Positions 31,983 through 39,404 of a stretch of DNA of 39,404 bases are shown here, one piece after another. Below the pieces are notes generated by a model, which saw nothing but the letters and a program-made list of their open reading frames with translations, did no database searches and was not told the DNA's origin. The position numbers and the translations under genes were made by a program. This DNA is from Dimorphilus gyrociliatus (Eukaryota > Animalia > Annelida), in NCBI GenBank assembly GCA_904063045.1, contig CAJFCJ010000061.1, positions 93,385 to 132,788 on the forward strand. The letters are read 5' to 3'. Every line of letters begins with the position of its first letter. Position 1 is the stretch's first letter.

Positions 31983-32242
31983 CTATATTTTGATATTACA
32001 TTTTATAGTTATACAACAATTTTTGCTTTCATACCAGTCACCATTCTGGAAACAATTATTTTCATAATCAACATATGGGTATGGCCGCTTTAAGCAACTT
32101 CTTTCGTAAGTTGTTGCTGTCCCCCTTGACCTACAATCGCCAAAATCACATTTGACAAGTACCTCACTACCAATGACTGAAATATGAAGATTTTTGTCTT
32201 TTGATAAAGGTCCTTGACAGTTAAAACAATATTTACTATATT
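31983..32242 (-). CDS. Ly6/uPAR (three-finger)-like cysteine-rich exon, absent from the ORF track
   Basis: After acceptor taatacag the exon reads EYSKYCFNCQG..KCDFGDCR..YERSCL..NNCF..NCCITIKCNIKI*, with the LU hallmarks YCxxC, RxC and CCxxxxCN. Signal-peptide exon not identified. Confidence 0.65.
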
Positions 32243-33243
32243 CTGTATTATGTTTTATGGGGGTAAGACTTTTATATTATGAACTGTTTAATAAAACTGC
32301 TTTTATACTTTTAACAAAATACTAGTCATTATTAAACAGTTTCATACAATTTGTTATAATATTAATATTAAAATGACTTTGACACTAAAGCTGGGAATCA
32401 CAGAATAGAAAATTGATGTTTTGATGTTTGTGAAGGGACTTTAACAGTCTTCAAATTAATTGAGGACCCATGGTTATTCTTTTAGTTATTTCATTATAGA
32501 ATAAATTCCATCATCTATCATTTCAAGAATTTTTTTCGAAAGGTTCCAGAAATTTTCAATTCAAAATGGACTTTCAAATTTGAACTACTAAATCTGTATA
32601 GTCATTAATAATCTATTTGAAAGGCTAAAAAACTGCCATAGTCATTGTGAATTGTCTGGAAGGTGGATTGCAATGATCCAATCCAAATCGTAATAAACAT
32701 TTTCTACATTCAGATGTTGGATATTTTATAGAGAAGGCTATAGAATATCTAAATATAACAGATGGAGCCACTATACAATTGGAAATGAAACAGAGAATGT
32801 TGAAAAGATGCATGTTAAATTTACTATATTTTTATCTTTGTAAACCTTTAAACCAAGTGAAACAAGACTTCAGTAAATGTATAAGAAAAGATACATTTGT
32901 AACATTTTGTAATGCAATTGTTAACAATAGGAAAATTGTTATATTACTGTGACGAATCACTTCTCATACTGCTCATTTTGGATTTATTATGAATATTTTA
33001 ATGATCTGTCCCTTCATTATTTTATGTTATAAATCTTGATTTATCACTTCCTGGGCTATCTTTGACTGAGTTTTGCTTTTTAAAACTTTTTGTTATAATT
33101 TTGCAAAATTTTTACCATTTTTCTAATGATTGATATCTAGCATCTGGAGGCAATTAAACATTGAATTAGTTCTGTAAGGTATTATTCAATGGACGGAAGT
33201 TATAGTTTCTGAGATTTTAATTTCTGTTGAATATAATTAAATT

Positions 33244-33450
33244 GGGGTCGACAGAAAACGTCCACAATTAAGAAATTTCAAGACTAGATTCTGGATTAAG
33301 AAATGGTTAGGAAGAAGAAAATAGCAACTGATTTGTACTTAGGAGGGTCTCCTCTAAGAATTAGGGTTAATGGAAAAAGTTAGATACAGCCAAGGGCTGG
33401 GTTAGGGTTAGGGTAAAAGCACTCATTTGTGGACGTTTTCTGTCGCATCC
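33244..33450. mobile_element. 207-bp MULE-derived MITE with 9-bp TSD
   Basis: TIRs ggggtcgacagaaaacgtccacaa and ttgtggacgttttctgtcgcatcc; TSD AATTAAATT at 33235-33243 and 33451-33459; TIR shared with the 13534-16074 element. Confidence 0.92.
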
Positions 33451-33835
33451 AATTAAATTATATTGTTATTAATATAATCAGCACAAATGAATCAAAAATG
33501 TTATAAAATCATAATGGTAAATAATATATGTATTTGTTCGTTTAACTTAAGAATAACTATTCAAAAGGTCAATATATGGGACTCATCTACTATTTTAAGT
33601 TTTCGAACACTTGAAAAAAAGAGGGAGGACAAAAGTACATTAATTGTTTTTTGAGGCATTATCAATGACCTAAATAAATAATGATAACTCACTATCTCTT
33701 TTACTTAGTAAGCTAAATAAAACAATTAAACAATTTTTTATAGATAGAATTCACTGAAAATTAAAGTATAAAAGAGACTAATATTTTAAAATATCTTAGT
33801 TATTGTCAAAAAAATTTTAACATGAAAAAAACAAA

Positions 33836-36743
33836 ATGAATGAAAGAAAAAGATTAAAATTTCTTTTACCAATATTTTTCTTAAAAGTTTTCCTTTTCAT
33901 TTACAATCTCCAATTAACAGCTTCTGCAGGATGCTTCAGTACTTTTGTTGAGTATAATGGTTATTGTTATAAAAGTACATACTCAAAAGGCGATTGGTAT
34001 TCCTCAGAAAGGATTTGTCATGTCTATGGTGCAGAAATGATTAGTATCCTAAGTGAAAAGGAAGAATATTTTGTTGAAAATCGTTTACTAGTTAGAAATT
34101 GTTGAAAATCAACTTTCAATAATTTATATAAATCATTTTTTCTTGTTTTTTTTCCAGTAGAATACTAACCGAGGAGACATATTCTATATAGGTTTAAACA
34201 AACTAAACAGAAGAGAATATCTGTCAGTATAGTTTATATAAAAATTTTAATTCAATTTTCTCAATTCTGTTTTAATTTAACAGATGGTCTGATGGTTCAC
34301 CTGTTAATTATACAGGTACACTTATCAACTCTAATGATTCTTTGTGCGTTGCTTATAGTCCAAGATGTAGGTAATTAATTTAAAAAAGAAAACAAAACTA
34401 AAACAAAATTGACTTTTTTTTTTTGCACAGCTACAACCAAATGGAAAAACATTAATTGTGGAATGGAAGAAAAACGCATTTGTAAAATGAAGAAAGGTGA
34501 TACGCGACCCACTGGTAGACCAACTCCAGCAACTTCTCATCCGCCGGGCCATTGTCCAAAAGGTTGGCTGGAATCATCCCGAAAATGTTTTTTGGTAGTT
34601 TTCTTGGATAAAGTCAATGGGCTAAGATATTATGAAGCAAGAAGAAGTTGTAGGTCATTAAACTTAATGTCAGATTTAGCTACAATTGAAAGTGCAGAAG
34701 AGACTTCATTAATTGTTTCACGCGCAGTAGCTGTTGGTGATACAGATGGATTATGGTTTGGTTTATTCAGAAGAAATTATTTGTCTGATTGGCTATGGTA
34801 TGATAATTCTCCAATTAATCTTGACAGATACAGTAACTGGAATAGAAAGCCAGAAAAACAGGCTTGTTTCATTAACTAGTTACTCAATTACAATACTTGA
34901 GAATATTTTTCTACAGACAAGGGCTTACATATCACTTTTTGATAATTATTTTGCGAGAGTAGGTCAATGGGTAGGACATTCATATGGCAGAATGGGCTAT
35001 GTATGTAGTATGAAAAAAAGTTGGTATTTATGATTTACAAAAGAAATCAGTAAAATATGTTTTTTTCTATTATTAGGTGACATTGAATTGATGTCAACAA
35101 CTCCCCAAAAGAAAACTGTTTGTCAAAGGGGAGAATTTCTTGGAGATGGTTGTTATACTATACAAAATGAAAAGAAAACTTGGAATGAAGCTTTAACATC
35201 TTGTAAAAATTATGTATAATTTTTAAATTCTGCATTTTCAAAAGTAAAAAGTCTTTACAACTTCTTTTCTTCCAAAGAATATGAATTTGGCTTCTATTCA
35301 TACTGTATCATTGACTGAAAGACTAAAAGTTTATATTAGAAACACAGAAAAATATTACTGGATTGGATTGAATAAGTTTAATTATACCGAGCCATTTTTA
35401 TGGAGTGATAATTCTGTATATATCTATAGAAATTGGCATCGAGTTTCTCGTGACAATAGATATAACAATTGTGTTGCAATTTCACCAAATGCCAAATGGA
35501 GAGCTTTTAATTGTAGCACACAGTTGGAAAGTATTTGCAAAAAATCATTTGGTGTTTTACCTACAGTTCCTCCTCAGATTGATGGAACATGCCCTGATCC
35601 AAATCAGCCTTATTGGCTCAAATATGGCAAATATTGCTATTTATTTCCCTATAATGAGGTAAGTTCTTATGAAGAAGCATTAGAGACGTGTAGTAGAATA
35701 AGCAGTGGATTAGCTGTTCCAGTCACCATTCATGATATGTCAGAACAATTTTTGATAACTAGACGAATCCAGCATTTAGAGAAAGTCTGGATAGGCTTGA
35801 CACGTGAATCTTCTAATCAACCATACCGTTGGGTTGATAACACTTCTGTAACATTTGAATTTTGGAGAAAGTATGATGTAGGTCGTGGGGATTGCGTTGC
35901 TCTCACTAATGATAAAAATGTAAGGATGCCGGGCCGATGGATAAAACAACCATGTTCACTGCCAGATAACAAAAAAATTGGCTTTGCATGTAAAACTTTG
36001 ACAATTCCATACCCAACCACTCCTATCCCAGGGAGAGGAAAATGTCCTCCAAAATTTTCAAATGAAGACAATTGGGAAATATTTGGTGAAAAATGCTTAC
36101 TTTTTGTAAAAAGTCATTTTGCAGATTACAAACTAGCTACAAGAATATGTAGAAGAGTTAATGGCACCTTGGCAGAGATAAAAACATATGATGAAAATTG
36201 CTTTATTGAACAACAAGCCAAAAAACATTTACCATTTTACATAAAAGGTTTATGGATTGGTCTAAGAAGAAGAAAAAATGGTCAATATTTGTGGGAAACT
36301 GGTGATAAATTCCATTTTGACTATTTTTACTATAAGGATGACAGAAAAGGAAATTGCACTGTATTGAATACTACTGTACATGGTTATTGGAAAAGTCACA
36401 GATGCTCTAAAAATCATTTTCCTTTTGTATGTCAAACAGATTTGTTAAAAGGTATATTACTTTTCAAATGTCACTTATTTTCTCTTTTTTTAATTAGTAT
36501 GTTATTTTTTTGGTAGATTCACCCAAATTGCCAACTACCACTAAGAAACCAACTAGTAGTAAAGTAGGGCTAATTATTGGCATAACAATTGGTATTTGTT
36601 CTCTAATTGCAATATTTGGTGGTTTAATTTACAAATGGAAAACTTCTGCAAGAGTTCAAACAAACACAAATCCAGGTGGAGATAACAATAGTTTTCCAAA
36701 GAAAATTCAAATGTCAAAATGTCAAAATGAAGAATCCTGTTGA
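33836..36743 (+). CDS. Type I membrane protein with five C-type-lectin-like domains (mannose-receptor-like architecture)
   Basis: Signal peptide; five CTLDs (YNGYCYK..FYIGLN..WSDG..WKNINC; CPKGW..LWFGL; YWIGLN..WRAFNC; VWIGL..WIKQPC; LWIGL..WKSHRC..FVCQ); Pro/Thr linkers; TM GLIIGITIGICSLIAIFGGLIY; short tail ending at TGA 36741-36743. Confidence 0.92.
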
Positions 36744-37449
36744 TCATTTCCAACAATTCTGATTTTAATAATTGATTTTCAATAATAAATAAGTTGATTA
36801 CATTTTATCAAAAAGAATGATACAAATTGTTGACATAGTATTTTAAATATTGTATTCACAATGCAATTATAGCCATTACTGTTGGCATAGGGCCAATTAA
36901 TGTATTTTCTGTTTTTTACAAGAGTAGGTAACTTTTTAATAAGAAATTTCGATATTTTTCCTTCTTCCTGAGACTAACTTCTCTGTTGAGAAACATTCAA
37001 AATATGATTTTGTTATTGGATGTTTAAGCAGTAAGGAAGATTCTTTCCATTTTGCAGATTCAAACCTTTAGTTCAACATTGCATTGCATGAAATAATAGA
37101 TTTGTTCAGCTCTAAAAAATTTCTGTTCCCAAAAAACCGCTTTCTTAGCCATCAAAGGACGAATATTGGTCAACACTTTTCCAAGTCAAAAAACCATATG
37201 ATGAAGAACTTTTTTTTGAAATGAATGTATTGTTTTTGAAGATCCAAACAATTGAGAAAAGTTTAACATTTTTTGCCTAAAAGTTATAAAAAAGAAAGAA
37301 GCAATGAATGTTTTACACTGAAAAATGTCAGAGTAGCCTATTATTGATTAGCCTATTAATCTATTAAATTATATACTAAACATTAAATTACAAATATGCA
37401 TTGAATGTATAGTCAAAACACAATTGCAAAACTCTTCAACTGATCACAA

Positions 37450-37775
37450 AAACACTCCAAATAAAAAGGGGAGGACAGTATTACAAGAATTGTTTTTGTA
37501 AGCTTTATCAATGACCTAATAAGAATAACAATTAGTTAAGCAGAATTATGTTAATTAAGTGAAAATTTAAATTATACAAATTCACTTGTCTACTCTAATG
37601 ATTCTTTATGTCTTTCAAGTGGAAAATATTGTTCGTATAAATATTAGTGTTTGTCTCTTTAAATTATCTACAAACTAAACTTTTTCAGTATGGTTCAATG
37701 TTAATTGCGCAACACCTCTAAGGTATAATTAAGAGAATTTCTTGGAAATGGTTGCTACACTATACAAAATTCAAT
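37450..37775 (+). pseudogene. Collapsed relic of a paralog of the five-CTLD gene
   Basis: 37450-37590 resembles the upstream region 33605-33775 (gggaggaca..aattgtttt..ttatcaatgacctaa). 37733-37770 matches exon sequence 35131-35168 at 35 of 38 nt. WFNVNC at about 37691 resembles CTLD1 WKNINC. Confidence 0.7.
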
Positions 37776-38920
37776 AACTCTTGTCTTATGAGGGGAGTAT
37801 GGGGAGTTAAATTTTCAGTGAAATCCAATACACAGTTCTTGAAAGGGCTAATGAATTCTCCAGTATAATTATTGGGGTAGATTTGCTATTTTCAAGACTG
37901 TTTTCTTGTGGTTAAACATTTAATAAGAGAAGCTGATTTTAAAAGTGTCCTTAGAGAGAGTAAAGGCACAGCAGCACTTTATGCCTGGAATTGTAACAGT
38001 CTTTTATACATTGATCATTGTAACTCCAATTATGAAGGTTCTTTTGCTTAGATGATAAAAGACTGTACTTTGTTGTATTGTAATTGTAGGAATTTCTTCT
38101 TCTTCAGAACAGTATTCGTTCCAATCATTTATCAACTTATCAAAGTACTCACGCGACATAGAACCTTTCAAGTTCCTACACAAATAGTCTTAACAAATGT
38201 AATTTTGGTAGAAATAATTCAACAAAACACCAGTATTTCGTTCAAAGAATACGTATTGAGTAAATGAGTTTCTAGTTCTAAACAAGTAAGTTTAAACAAC
38301 CAGTTAATGGTTAAAGAACTGAACTGACAAGCTGGGGAAATTCATTCCCTTCTATATGTTTCCACAGCTTGGGTTCAAGTGGTCAAAGGATTACAAAGTT
38401 GAAATCTGAAGGTCTCATAATTCTCATGTAACAAAAATATAAAAAAACTTTAAGTATTGATATATCATTATATCTAAGTGCACAAAGACAAACACATTTC
38501 TCTTTATTCATATAAGAATTAATTAAAAAACTCTATTAAAGTCTAATCTTCATTTATATTTTTTTAAGTTTATTAGATTTCTATTATTCCAGGTTTTACT
38601 TTCATTGTTTAAAAGAGATTTGCAAAGTAAATTAATTAAATATAACTTTTATTGCATTTTCACACTAGATGTACACTTAGAAGTAGTTATGCTATATTCA
38701 TCTTTTGCTTTGATCACTTGAGAGAAATCAATTGTACTTTGTTGCATTGGAATTAACAATAAAAATTATTATAAAACATATTAAAAGTGTTGTTAGATCA
38801 CCCAGCCTTGTGCTGTGAGTTCTTTGTGTTGGATCTAATACTGTTGGAAGCTGGGGTGCCAAACATGTAAGCAATGCCCAACATCTTATTTCTCATAATA
38901 AACTCCTTGCATAAAAGTTG

Positions 38921-39095
38921 AGGGGACCCGGAAAGAATGTCCCATGGAACGAATGTCACATGAAAAGACTTTTTAATGCAACTTTTCGGATTAAAAAATG
39001 GTTAGGAGGGGTTTCATCTAAGGATTAGAGTTAATCAAAAAGGTTAGGGTTAGGGTTAAACTATGGATTTGGGAACGTGTTCAACATGCGGACCT
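38921..39095. repeat. MITE-like repeat sharing its TTAGGG-containing core with the 33244 MITE
   Basis: 38991-39060 aligns with 33296-33417 (ttaa.aaatggttagga..tctaag.attag.gttaat..ggttagggt); termini differ (ggaa.gaatgtc.cat repeats); no TSD found. Confidence 0.55.
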
Positions 39096-39151
39096 AATAT
39101 CTCAAAATTATATTTTATATGTGTGATATAACAGTCCTTCATATTTTTCTT

Positions 39152-39226
39152 CATCAGCTGCTATTTTGGTGACTTGATAAATGATTGAAAAGGATGAAAT
39201 TCCTTCAATTACTATGCAACAAAGTG
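39152..39226 (+). repeat. Dispersed repeat family X, short copy 3
   Basis: catcagctg, taaatgattg.aaagga and gaaattccttcaattactatgcaacaaagt match copy 1. Confidence 0.6.
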
Positions 39227-39404
39227 ACATGTTGGCATAAGGCTTCTGTCTTTCCACACTAAATGGCTGATATAATTTCAACAAACACTTAAAATGATAT
39301 GAATAGAGTCACTACTGTTTAATTCTCAAACTCATAACTTATATAAGCAGAATCACTATATACTGCTGCATTGACTTTAAATATGCTGCAATCTATTGCA
39401 GAAT

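Noticed and set aside
32625-32813. 62-aa minus ORF with hydrophobic start and CxxC..C (second Ly6-like gene?)
   Set aside because: Only four cysteines, early stop and no convincing downstream exon; not supportable.
33395-33415. Telomere or interstitial telomere array
   Set aside because: Only two to three TTAGGG units, inside a TSD-flanked MITE.
33822-33839. uORF MKKTK* overlapping the CTLD start codon
   Set aside because: Six codons in A-rich sequence are expected by chance, and the TSS is unknown.
35405-36071. ORFs 35405-35662 (+) and 35817-36071 (-)
   Set aside because: Alternative-frame and antisense shadows of the large CTLD exon.
36990-37250. Possible hAT-like transposase remnant on the minus strand (ISCNAMLN*RFES)
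   Set aside because: Resemblance limited to a few residues; cannot be told from chance.

Overview
AT-rich eukaryotic genomic DNA with many short (about 50-80 nt) GT-AG introns, consistent with a compact invertebrate genome (inference; no species call). Most supplied ORFs are exon fragments and had to be spliced by hand. The window holds innate-immunity and cell-death-type genes mixed with transposon debris. In order: a large minus-strand ROCO gene (degenerate COR-like module, then LRR-Roc-COR, then a TIR-like domain; runs off the left edge), an assembly gap, a secreted two-domain F-type lectin, a small RING protein, Tc1-like relics, a complete but frameshifted intron-containing Mutator (MULE) element with 9-bp TSD, a second multi-domain F-type-lectin-like gene, a head-to-head pair made of a ZU5-UPA-like gene and a caspase carrying a homologous UPA-like domain, a BEL/Pao LTR relic, a MULE relic, an intronless RING-B-box-coiled-coil-LRR gene, a secreted two-PAN/apple gene, a disrupted unknown gene, a Ly6/uPAR-like exon, a MULE-derived MITE, a five-CTLD type I membrane protein and a relic of its paralog. 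No rRNA, tRNA or CRISPR was seen. Best leads: the UPA-caspase/ZU5-UPA pair, the tandem-COR ROCO-TIR protein and the TRIM-like LRR gene. All domain calls are by-eye motif matches and need HMM or structure confirmation.
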